The notes under the pieces: generated by a model
What the model was told of the DNA's origin: nothing
Seen by the model: the letters and a program-made list of their open reading frames with translations, nothing else
Database searches by the model: none
From: Anaeromyxobacter sp.
Lineage (GTDB): Bacteria; Myxococcota; Myxococcia; Myxococcales; Anaeromyxobacteraceae
Direction: 5' to 3'
Length of the DNA stretch: 64,000 nt
NCBI GenBank assembly: GCA_049840735.1
Contig: JASGJN010000022.1
Coordinates: 320,001 to 384,000 of the forward strand
Shown: positions 54,230 to 64,000 of the stretch, piece after piece
Layout of the letters: every line of letters starts with the position of its first letter
Numbering within the stretch: the stretch's first letter is position 1
Translations under genes and position numbers: made by a program

Positions 54230-55098
54230 CTACGGGATGCGGCGCTCGCCCGCCACGTGCGCCACGGTGTAGCGGGGGAGGCCGGCCAGGTCCCGGCGGG
54301 CCTCCGCCCGGTCGAACCCGCCCTCGAGGCAGAGCCGGGGGAGCAGGGGCTCGTGCGACTCGTGCATCTCCAGCACCAGGGCGCCCCCGGGGTGCAGGCG
54401 GGCGGCCGCCTGCGACACGATGCGGCGCAGCAGGTCCAGGCCGTCCGGGCCGCCGTCCAGGGCCTCCCGCGGCTCCCGGCGCACCTCGGCCTGGAGCGTG
54501 TCCAGCTCGCCACGCGGGACGTAGGGCGGGTTGGACACGATCACGTCGAAGCGGGCGTCGGGGGGCACCGGGGCCCACAGGTCGCCCTGCAGCAAGGTCA
54601 CCGCGGCGCCCAGCCGCGCGGCGTTCTCCCCGGCCACCTCCAGGGCGGCGGGGGAGAGGTCGGTGGCGGTGACCTGGCTGCCCGGCCGCTCCAGCGCCAG
54701 CGAGACGCCCAGGATGCCGGAGCCGGTGCAGAGGTCGAGCGCGCTGCCGCCGGCAGGGAGGGCCGCCAGCGCCGCCTCGAGGACCAGCTCGGTTCGGGCT
54801 GGGGGATGAGCACGCGCCGGTCCACCGCGAAGCGGCGGCCGTAGAACTCGCGGGCGCCGGTCAGGTAGGCGGTGGGCTCGCCCTCGGCGCGGCGGCGCAC
54901 CAGCTCGCGGAAGGCGGCCAGCTCCGGGTCGCCCAGCGGCTTGTCGAAGTCGAGGTAGAGCCGGATGCGATCGCACCTGAGCGCGTGGGCCAGCAGCACC
55001 TCGGCGGTGAGGCGCGGCGAGTCCACGCCCTTGCGCGCGAAGAACTCCTGCGTCCAGGCGATCAGCTTGAGGGGGGTCCAGGGCTCGGCGGCGGGCAC
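54230..55098 (-). CDS. prmC: Release factor glutamine methyltransferase (frameshift at ~54795)
   Basis: [44 protein letters not shown]. Lies downstream of prfA. Confidence 0.93.
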
Positions 55099-55119
55099 GC
55101 GGCTCCTAGCGAGGCTTGG

Positions 55120-55328
55120 CCTTCGACTTCGGGCCCGCTTCGCGGGCCCTACGCTCAGGCCGAACGGACAGAGGGCAGGGGCTCCAGTCTCCGTTCACCC
55201 TGGGCGCAGCGAGCCCGCAGGGCGGGCGCGGAGCGGAAGGGCTCAGGCCGAAGGGACGCAGGACCGGCGCTTCGGGTCCCGTTCGCCCTGAGCGAGGCGA
55301 GCCCGGAGGCCGAGCGGAGTCGAAGGGC
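55120..55328. repeat. REP-like palindromic element, copy 3 (inverted pair with internal partial units)
   Basis: CCTTCGACTTCGGGCCCGCTTCGCGGGCCCTACGCTCAGGCCGAACGG ... CCGTTCGCCCTGAGCG...GGAGTCGAAGGG. Confidence 0.8.
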
Positions 55329-55333
55329 AGGGA

Positions 55334-56431
<1,098 letters not shown>

Positions 56432-56481
56432 GGGGGCGATTTCTTACCGTTCCCCGCAGGGTTAGGCAAGGCTCGCCTGGA

Positions 56482-58215
56482 TCAGCACTCCTCGATGCGC
56501 CAGCCCCACCCCGGCAGCCCGCCGGCGGGCTGCTCGCCGAGGTTGGCGGCCACCTTCAGCCCGGGCCGCGTGAGCGTCAGGGCCAGGCCGTCCACCTGCA
56601 CGGTGGGCCACTGCGCGCCGATGAGCCGCGCGTTGCGCCGGCGCACCGCCAGCAGGCCGCGGTGGTGGCGCCACAGGTCGCCGTGGAAGCCGTCGCGGCG
56701 GTGCGTGAGCACGCAGCGGCGGAAGGTCTCCTCGTCCTGCGGGTCGGCGAAGGGGATGTCGGACCTGAGCTGATGCTCGGCCTTGCGCCCCTGGCGGACG
56801 GCCTCGGCCAACGCGGCGTCGCCGTGCGAGGTGAAGTACAGGAAGGGCCGCTGCTCGCCGTACTCCTCGCCCATGAACAGCAGCGGGAGCCCGGGGCCCA
56901 GCGTGAGCAGCACCGCCAGCGGCGGCAGCGCGGCGCGGGGGAGCAGCTGCGCCAGCCGGGCGCCGGCGGGGTGGTTGCCGACCTGGTCGTGCGTCTGGAG
57001 GTAGGTCACCACCTGATCCGGGCGGACCCGGTCCAGCCCGTGCCCGCGCAGGCGGCCCCACTCGGCGGTGACGCAGTTGCGGACGCCGACGCCGGTGGCC
57101 AGCGCCTGCGCCACCTGGGCCACGTCGCCGTAGGCGCCCAGCGCCACGTAGCGCTCGCCGGTGAGCAGCGCGTGGGCGGCGTTGTGCAGGTCGTCGTTCC
57201 ACATCGCGCAGCAGCCCCAGCCCTCGGGCGGCGGCGCCACCACGGCGCGGTCCAGGGCGTCCACCGCCTCGGCGATCACGTGCACGGTCCGGCCCTGCGC
57301 CTGCGCCTCGGCCCGCGCGGCCTCCGCCAGCTCCAGCACCACGTGGCGCGGGCCCTGGTCGCGGAACATGTGGGCGGCGTCGATGCGCAGCGCGTCCACG
57401 CGGAAATCGCGCACCCACTGCGCCGCGGCCTGCACCACGTAGGCGCGCACCGGGGCGGCGCCGGGCCCGTCCAGGTCGAGGGCCGGGCCCCAGGGCGTGG
57501 GGTGACGGTCGGTGAAGTACGGGCCGAAGGCCCCCAGGTAGTTGCCCTCCGGGCCCAGGTGGTTCAGGACCAGGTCCAGGCAGACGGCCAGGCCGGCGCC
57601 GTGGGCGGCGTCCACGAAGCGCTGCAGGGCCTCGGGCCCGCCGTAGGCCTCGTGCACCGCGTGCAGGGAGACGCCGTCGTAGCCCCAGTTGCGCGCGCCG
57701 CTGACCGGCGAGAGCGGCATCAGCTCCACGCAGGTGATCCCCAGCGCCGCCAGGTCGGGCAGGCGCGCCGCGGCCGCGTCCAGCGTCCCGGCGCTGGTGA
57801 AGGTGCCGACGTGCAGCTCGTAGAAGACCAGCGCCTCGCGCGGGATGGTCACCGCCGCATGGCGCCAGCCGTACCGGGACGGATCCCAGAGCTGCGCGGC
57901 GCCGTGCACGCCGTCCGGCAGCCGCCGCGCGCCGGGATCCGGCAGGGCGCGGCCGTCGGGCAGGACGAAGGCGTAGCGGTCGCCGGGGCGCGCGCCGGCC
58001 ACGGTGGCGCTCCACCAGCCGTCGGCGGCGCGCGCCAGCGGCAGCGTGGCCTGGCCCAGCCGCAGCTGCACGCGCGGCACCTCGGGCGCCCAGACGTCGA
58101 ACCGCACCCGCCCGGCCTCGAGCGTGGGGCCGTGCGCGCGGTGCGCCCCGAGGCGCGGCGCGGGCGTGGACGTCCAGGGGATGGGCGTGGCCAGCGAGCT
58201 GGACGTGGTCGACAC
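56482..58215 (-). CDS. treZ: Malto-oligosyltrehalose trehalohydrolase (GH13), start approximate
   Basis: FDVWAP, YELHVGTFT, RNWGYDG, NHLGPEGNYL, LRIDAAH, WNDDLH, THDQVGN, LFMGEEYG, PFLYFTSH. Confidence 0.9.
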   Translation of the reverse strand: MSTTSSSLATPIPWTSTPAPRLGAHRAHGPTLEAGRVRFDVWAPEVPRVQLRLGQATLPLARAADGWWSATVAGARPGDRYAFVLPDGRALPDPGARRLPDGVHGAAQLWDPSRYGWRHAAVTIPREALVFYELHVGTFTSAGTLDAAAARLPDLAALGITCVELMPLSPVSGARNWGYDGVSLHAVHEAYGGPEALQRFVDAAHGAGLAVCLDLVLNHLGPEGNYLGAFGPYFTDRHPTPWGPALDLDGPGAAPVRAYVVQAAAQWVRDFRVDALRIDAAHMFRDQGPRHVVLELAEAARAEAQAQGRTVHVIAEAVDALDRAVVAPPPEGWGCCAMWNDDLHNAAHALLTGERYVALGAYGDVAQVAQALATGVGVRNCVTAEWGRLRGHGLDRVRPDQVVTYLQTHDQVGNHPAGARLAQLLPRAALPPLAVLLTLGPGLPLLFMGEEYGEQRPFLYFTSHGDAALAEAVRQGRKAEHQLRSDIPFADPQDEETFRRCVLTHRRDGFHGDLWRHHRGLLAVRRRNARLIGAQWPTVQVDGLALTLTRPGLKVAANLGEQPAGGLPGWGWRIEEC

Positions 58216-58760
58216 CGCTTCCCCCCGGGCCTTCCTGGGCGGGAGTCGTTCCCGCCGCGAGGTCCGGCCATCGCGCAGCTGCGTGCGCCCGATCCCCCGT
58301 GCCGCCGATCGGGGAGCGGTCAACGCTAGGCGGGGGGCGATTGCCTGGGCAAACCGGCCAAGACCCTGCTGGGCGCGAACATCGGCGCTCGGCACGCACA
58401 CGGGGCCTGGCGGGCCCACCTCGCCGGGCGAGGCCAAGCGGCCGTGATCGCTGGAGACGGCCGGCTGGCGGAGGAGCGCGACGCGAGCCGCGGGTCGTCC
58501 AAAACCCCCGTTAAGAGGTAACCCGTAATGCGGCCACCGGTCGGGCCAGGGGGTTCACGGGGGGTGGATGGACTCCCGGACCCGGCGATCGACCCGCCCC
58601 GCGGGCCCGCGCGATCCCCTGGTTCGATGACGGCCACCTGGGTTCACCCGAAAGAGTGTAGGCGGGTTGGAGCGGTTGCGCGGCGCCGTCGCGCCCGAAG
58701 AAAGCCAAACATCCTTGTTTCAATCACTTACACGACCAGGCTCATACTTCTTAGGGGTCA

Positions 58761-58787
58761 AAGATGTCGGACAAAGACCGACATCTT
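58761..58787. promoter_or_regulatory. Perfect 10-bp inverted repeat, candidate operator upstream of the amylase genes
   Basis: AAGATGTCGG-N7-CCGACATCTT in an AT-richer intergenic tract. Confidence 0.5.
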
Positions 58788-58941
58788 CACGTCTCGCCGG
58801 AACCTCCCGCCCATTGCCGGTGCCCTGCCCGGCGCCTACGGTGGGCCCCCTCTTCCGTGAGTTGGGGTTCGTCCGATTCGGTGCGCGCTGGGCGCAACGA
58901 GGGTCCGCTCTCCGCTCCGGGATGGATGGCTGGGAGGCCGG

Positions 58942-61900
58942 ATGAAGGCGAGCGTGGTCCGCGTGTCGCGCGCGGCGCTGGGGATGCTGGTCGTGGCGCT
59001 GGTGGCTTGCGGGGGGTCGGGCAAGAAGGGCACGACGCCGGTCGATCCGGGCGGCGACACCACGCCGCCCTCGATGCCCGCCGCCGTGCTGGCCGTCTCG
59101 AGCGGCACCACCAGCATCACGCTGACCTGGTCGCCCTCCACCGACGACGTGGGGGTTCAGCGGTACGCCGTCACGCGCACCGGCGGCACGCAGGGCGAGG
59201 AGATCCACTCCACGACCGGCACGGCGGTCACCGCCGGCGCCCTCACGCCCGCGACCACCTACACGTTCACCGTCCGCGCCTACGATGCGGCCGGCAACGG
59301 CTCGGAGGTCACCGCGCCGGTCAGCGCCACCACCGACCCCGAGCCGCCGGATCCGGAGCCGACCAACTCGGCCACGGTCTACTACGCGCCGCAGTCGGGC
59401 TGGACCACCGTGAAGATCCACTACGGCATCGGCTCCACCTGGACCACGCCGCCCGGCGTGGACATGGACGACGCCTGCACCGGCTGGAAGAAGAAGCTGG
59501 TGGACCTGGGGACCGCCAGCACCTTCGCCGTCACCTTCAACAATGGCGCGGGCGCCTGGGACAACAACGGCGGCAACAACTACACGCTGGGCACCGGCGT
59601 CACCACCGTGCAGGACGGCACGGTCACGGCCGGCGCCACCAGCCCGTGCGGCGGCACGGACGTGGACACCACGCCGCCGTCGGTGCCGCAGGGCGTGAGC
59701 GCCGCCGCGAACGGCACCAGCGTCACGGTGACCTGGTCCGCCTCCACCGACGACCACGGCGTGTCCGGCTACGAGATCACCCGCACCGGCGGCGCCGAGG
59801 GCGCGGTGGTGGCCACCTCGGCCTCCACCAGCTTCACCGTCTCGGGCCTCACCGCCAGCACCACCTACCACTTCACCGTGAAGGCCTTCGACGCGGCCGG
59901 GAACCAGTCCGCCGCCAGCGAGGGGGCCGACGCCACCACCGGCGCGGTCTCCACCGCCATCCGCATCTACTACAAGGCCTCCTCCGCCACGACCATCTGG
60001 ACCTGGGAGCCGGGCTACCGCGCCCTCAGCCAGCTCGCCGGCCACAGCTGGCCCGGGCCGGCCATGACGGCCGACCCCGAGAACCCGGGCTGGCTCTACT
60101 GGGAGCTGCCCGCGGCCTACGCGCCCTTCGAGCACGCGCTGGCCTTCCTCTTCGCCGGCACGCAGAACCAGATCAACCTGCCCGGCCCGGTCACGAAGTC
60201 GATGTGGTGGAACGGGACCGCCTGGTCCGACCACAACCCGGATCCGCCGGCCGCGCCGGTGGTGGTGGTGAGCCCGAACGGCGGCTGGTTCGGCACGGCC
60301 ACCTCGACCAGCGCCACCATCACGGTCTCGGCCAGCGCCCAGGCGCCGGTCACCGCCATGACCTACCGGATCGGCACCGGCGCGGTCACGCCCTTCTCAG
60401 CGAGCCCGTTCACGGTGGTCGTGCCGCTCTCGGCCACCCCGGTCACGGTGACCGTCGCGGCGACCAACAGCGTCGGCACCACCAGCGTGACCACCCAGGG
60501 CTTCCAGCAGGGCACGCAGCCGGTGCCCAGCTTCAGCTGGCGCAACGCCACGGTCTACTTCGTGATGACCGACCGGTTCGTCAACGGTGACCCCGCCAAC
60601 GACGGCGCCTACGGCCGCGTGAAGGTGGACGCCACGGGCTCGAACATCGGCACCTTCCACGGCGGCGACCTCAAGGGCCTCAAGCAGAAGGTGGACGACG
60701 ACTACTTCACCAGCCTGGGCATCAACGCCATCTGGATCACCGCGCCCTACGAGCAGATGCACGGCTGGACGGGCGGCGGCGACGCCGGCGACTTCGCGCA
60801 CTTCGCGTACCACGGCTACTACGCGCTGGACTGGACCAACCTCGACGCGAGCATGGGGACCCCCGCGGACCTCAAGGCGTTCGTGGACGCGGCCCACGCC
60901 AAGGGCATCCGCGTGGTGTTCGACGTGGTGATGAACCACACCGGCTACGGCACGCTGCGCGACATGGCGGACTTCGACTTCGGCGGCAAGAAGGCCAGCT
61001 TCGATCCGGCCTGGGTCCCGGGCGCGGGCCAGACCTGGCACTCCTGGAACGACCTGATGATCGACTACGCGTCGACCTCGGTCGAGGCCGCCTGGCAGAA
61101 GTGGTGGGGCAAGCCCTGGATCCGCTCCGGCATCGTGGGCTACGACGCCTGCGGGGGCGGCGACATCCTGAAGTGCCTCTCCGGCCTGCCGGACGTGAAG
61201 ACGGAGAGCGCCGACCTGGTGGGGCTGCCCGCCTTCCTGGCCAGCAAGGCCACCTTCGGGAAGGGCTACCTCCAGGCCTACTCCGCCAGCGGCACGAAGC
61301 GCCCGCGCGACTGGCAGGTCGAGTGGCTCTGCCGCTGGGTGCGCGACTACGGCATCGACGGCTTCCGCGTGGACACCGTCAAGCACGTCGAGAACGACAC
61401 CTGGGGCGCCATGAAGACGGCCTGCGTCCAGGCGCTCAAGGACTGGCGCACCGCCAACCCCACCGCCGCCGGCGCCGGCTGGACCGACGACTTCTGGGAC
61501 ACCGGCGAGGTCTTCGGGCGCGGCGCGGTCGGCTACGACTCGAACTTCTACGGCACCGGCAAGTTCGACAGCCTGCTCAACTTCGGCTTCGGCGGCGCGG
61601 CCTCCGGCGCGTCCGGCTCGGCCGCCGCCCTGGCCGGCCTGGAGTCCACCTACTCCGGCTACGCCGCGCAGCTCAACACCGACAAGGGCCAGACCTGGTC
61701 CATCCTCACCTTCATCGACAACCACGACCAGCCCAGCCTGTTCTTCAACGGCGACCTGGAGCGGCAGAAGCGGGCCGGCAGCGCGCTGCTGATGTGCCCG
61801 GGCCCGGTGCACCTCTACTACGGCGACGAGTACGGCCGCGCCTACGGCGCCACCGGCTCGGATCCGAACCAGGGGACGCGCTCGGACATGAACTGGACCA

Positions 61901-62235
61901 CGGTCACCGCGCAGGCGGCCGACGCCGCCTCGACGCTCTCGCACTGGCGGAAGCTCGGGAGCTTCCGCAAGGCGCACATCGCGGTCGGGGCGGGTGACCA
62001 CAAGCAGGTCACCGACGTCACCAGCGGCTACGCCTTCACCCGCAGCTGGAACGCGGACAAGGTGGCGGTGGTGCTGGGCGGCAGCGGCAGCGTCACGGTG
62101 AACGTGTCGACCGTCTTCGGCGACGGCGCCTCGGTCCGCAACACCTACGACGGCACCACCGCGACGGTGAGCGGCGGCCACGTCACGTTCAGCGCCGGCA
62201 CCAACGGCGTGATCCTCATCGAGGCGGCGAACTAG
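58942..62235 (+). CDS. Lipoprotein alpha-amylase: FN3-CBM25-like-FN3-...-GH13 (MalS-like catalytic domain)
   Basis: LVAC lipobox, WSPSTDDVGV/AYDAAGN FN3 repeats, WDNNGGNNY CBM, ATVYFVMTDRF, YHGYY, DVVMNH, DGFRVDTVKH, GEV, NHD. Confidence 0.92.
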   Translation: MKASVVRVSRAALGMLVVALVACGGSGKKGTTPVDPGGDTTPPSMPAAVLAVSSGTTSITLTWSPSTDDVGVQRYAVTRTGGTQGEEIHSTTGTAVTAGALTPATTYTFTVRAYDAAGNGSEVTAPVSATTDPEPPDPEPTNSATVYYAPQSGWTTVKIHYGIGSTWTTPPGVDMDDACTGWKKKLVDLGTASTFAVTFNNGAGAWDNNGGNNYTLGTGVTTVQDGTVTAGATSPCGGTDVDTTPPSVPQGVSAAANGTSVTVTWSASTDDHGVSGYEITRTGGAEGAVVATSASTSFTVSGLTASTTYHFTVKAFDAAGNQSAASEGADATTGAVSTAIRIYYKASSATTIWTWEPGYRALSQLAGHSWPGPAMTADPENPGWLYWELPAAYAPFEHALAFLFAGTQNQINLPGPVTKSMWWNGTAWSDHNPDPPAAPVVVVSPNGGWFGTATSTSATITVSASAQAPVTAMTYRIGTGAVTPFSASPFTVVVPLSATPVTVTVAATNSVGTTSVTTQGFQQGTQPVPSFSWRNATVYFVMTDRFVNGDPANDGAYGRVKVDATGSNIGTFHGGDLKGLKQKVDDDYFTSLGINAIWITAPYEQMHGWTGGGDAGDFAHFAYHGYYALDWTNLDASMGTPADLKAFVDAAHAKGIRVVFDVVMNHTGYGTLRDMADFDFGGKKASFDPAWVPGAGQTWHSWNDLMIDYASTSVEAAWQKWWGKPWIRSGIVGYDACGGGDILKCLSGLPDVKTESADLVGLPAFLASKATFGKGYLQAYSASGTKRPRDWQVEWLCRWVRDYGIDGFRVDTVKHVENDTWGAMKTACVQALKDWRTANPTAAGAGWTDDFWDTGEVFGRGAVGYDSNFYGTGKFDSLLNFGFGGAASGASGSAAALAGLESTYSGYAAQLNTDKGQTWSILTFIDNHDQPSLFFNGDLERQKRAGSALLMCPGPVHLYYGDEYGRAYGATGSDPNQGTRSDMNWTTVTAQAADAASTLSHWRKLGSFRKAHIAVGAGDHKQVTDVTSGYAFTRSWNADKVAVVLGGSGSVTVNVSTVFGDGASVRNTYDGTTATVSGGHVTFSAGTNGVILIEAAN

Positions 62236-62246
62236 CAGCAGCTCTC

Positions 62247-62280
62247 GCCCGGGCCCGCCACCAGGGAGGCGGGCCCGGGC
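62247..62280. terminator. Strong intergenic hairpin between the two amylase genes
   Basis: GCCCGGGCCCGCC-N8-GGCGGGCCCGGGC. No U-tract. Confidence 0.45.
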
Positions 62281-62346
62281 GGGCGCAGACCCGGCGCGGT
62301 GCCGGGCGCGCCCGGGCGTCACCCAGAATCGGCTGGAGGCGGGGAA

Positions 62347-64000
62347 ATGCGGACGTTCAGGCCCTTGGTGCAGGTGCTTCTCGCGTTCACGCTGGCGGCG
62401 CTGGTCGCCTGCGGCAGCTCCGGCGGCGGCCAGTCGCCCGGCGGGGACACCACCCCGCCCTCGATGCCCGCGCAGGTGACGGCGGTGGCCAGCGGCACCA
62501 GCATCACGGTGATCTGGGCCGCCTCCACCGACGACACCGGCGTGGACCACTACCAGGTGACCCGCACCGGCGGCACCGAGGGCCTGGTCGCGGCCACCAC
62601 CGGCGGGACGACGCTCATCGTCACCGGGCTCACCGCCGCGACCACCTACAGCTTCACCGTCCGCGCCTACGACGCGGCCGGCAACGCCTCGACCGCCTCC
62701 GCCGCGGCCAGCGCCACCACCGACGGCGGCTCGGGCGGCGACACCACGCCGCCGTCGATCCCGCAGAGCGTCAGCGCGGTGGCCAGCGGCACCAGCATCA
62801 CCCTGATCTGGGCCGCCTCAAGCGACGACACCGGCGTGGACCACTACCAGATCACCCGCACCGGCGGGACGCAGGGCACGGTGGTGGGCACCTCCAACAG
62901 CACCACCTTCACCGCCAGCGGCCTCACCGCCGCCACGCCCTACAGCTTCACCGTGAAGGCCTTCGACGCGGCCGGCAACGGCTCCGACCCGTCCGCCTCC
63001 GCCAGCGCCACCACCGACGCGGATCCCACGCCGGACCCCGATCCGGACCCGGCGCCGGGCACCGCGGTGGTCTGGTACGCGCCGCCCACCAGCTGGGCCA
63101 GCGTCAACATCCACTACGGCATCGCCGGCGTCTGGACCACGCCGCCGGGCGTCGCGATGGAGGCCGGCTGCGCCGGCTGGGTGAAGAAGTCCGTCGACCT
63201 GGGCACGGCCACCACGTTCGCGGTGACCTTCAACAACGGCACCACCTGGGACAACAACAACGGCAACAACTACACGCTGGGCCTGGGCATCACGCGGGTG
63301 AGCGGCGGCGTGGTGACCGCCAACTCCACCAGCCCCTGCACGCCCGACGTCACGGCCCCCAGCACGCCCACCAACGTCCTGGCCACGGTGAGCGGCGGCG
63401 TGAACGTCACGGTGAGCTGGACCGCCTCCACCGACGACCGCGGCGTGACGGCCTATGACCTGGTCCGGACCGGCGGCACGCAGGGCACCTCCGCGCTCAC
63501 CGCGACGTCGTCCACCTACGTGGACCTGAACCTCGACGAGAACACCACCTACGCGTACACGGTGAGGGCCCGCGACGCGGCCGGGAACGTCTCCGGCACC
63601 AGCGCGTCGGCCTCGGGCCACACCACCACCAAGCCCATCATCATCGTGCCGGACGCCTCGGAGCCCATCGGCACCGACCCGCGCGAGGACTCGATCTACT
63701 TCGTGATGACGGCGCGGTTCTATGACGGTGACCCCAGCAACAACCGGGGCGGCAGCCAGCACACCAAGTCCGGCAACGCGGCCAACAACGACCCCATGTA
63801 CCGCGGCGACTTCGCCGGGCTGATCGAGAAGCTCGACTACATCAAGGCGCTGGGCTTCTCGGCCATCTGGATCACGCCGGTGGTGCTCAACCGGTCCGAC
63901 TACGACTTCCACGGCTACCACGGCTGGGACTTCTACCGCGTGGACCCGCGGCTCGAGTCCCCCGGCGCGACCTACCAGGACCTGATCAACGCGGCCCACG
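62347..64000 (+). CDS. Second lipoprotein alpha-amylase (FN3-FN3-CBM25-like-FN3-GH13), truncated by window end
   Basis: MRTFRPLVQVLLAFTLAALVAC, repeated FN3 units, WDNNNGNNY, SIYFVMTARFYDGD, GDFAGLIEKLDYIKALGFSAIWITPV, HGYH. Confidence 0.9.
   Translation, partial: MRTFRPLVQVLLAFTLAALVACGSSGGGQSPGGDTTPPSMPAQVTAVASGTSITVIWAASTDDTGVDHYQVTRTGGTEGLVAATTGGTTLIVTGLTAATTYSFTVRAYDAAGNASTASAAASATTDGGSGGDTTPPSIPQSVSAVASGTSITLIWAASSDDTGVDHYQITRTGGTQGTVVGTSNSTTFTASGLTAATPYSFTVKAFDAAGNGSDPSASASATTDADPTPDPDPDPAPGTAVVWYAPPTSWASVNIHYGIAGVWTTPPGVAMEAGCAGWVKKSVDLGTATTFAVTFNNGTTWDNNNGNNYTLGLGITRVSGGVVTANSTSPCTPDVTAPSTPTNVLATVSGGVNVTVSWTASTDDRGVTAYDLVRTGGTQGTSALTATSSTYVDLNLDENTTYAYTVRARDAAGNVSGTSASASGHTTTKPIIIVPDASEPIGTDPREDSIYFVMTARFYDGDPSNNRGGSQHTKSGNAANNDPMYRGDFAGLIEKLDYIKALGFSAIWITPVVLNRSDYDFHGYHGWDFYRVDPRLESPGATYQDLINAAH

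Noticed and set aside
58343..58445. Possible cyclic di-GMP-I riboswitch (GGGCAAACC...)
   Set aside because: It lacks the GNRA-capped P2 stem and the downstream CGCAAA consensus.

Overview
A very GC-rich bacterial window. Gene content and the Cys-rich secreted proteins suggest an Anaeromyxobacter-like myxobacterium (inference). (1) 1-16.2 kb: a tightly coupled cobalamin operon (cbiX 3' end, cobF, cbiC, cbiET, cbiL, cbiG, cbiH, cbiF, an AAA-cobA fusion, cobO, cobB, cobU, cobT, cbiB, cobD, cobQ, cobS, cobC). (2) 16.2-29.3 kb: accessory, signalling and metabolic genes (VOC, AraC-GyrI, hemerythrin, two diguanylate cyclases, a lipoprotein, fbaA, SWIM-SNF2, MocR/cupin/DoxX). (3) 29.4-50.6 kb: a composite island at the 3' end of tRNA-Gly(CCC). 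The 45-bp tRNA 3' half occurs three times, each with conserved CCTTGCCC arm-type motifs and a terminator-like hairpin. These delimit tandem cassettes with no integrase: an Ig/Cys-rich protein + signal-peptide Rhs toxin + immunity; an FHA-PLD-helicase + AlbA_2 defence-like set; and an orphan Rhs tip + immunity next to an unusual four-ORF, two-DDE insertion element with a TTGA target duplication. (4) 50.7-64 kb: core genes (hisG, murA, prmC, prfA), treZ and two modular lipoprotein alpha-amylases. Most single-base frameshifts fall in or next to GATC, which points to modification-driven sequencing error rather than gene decay.
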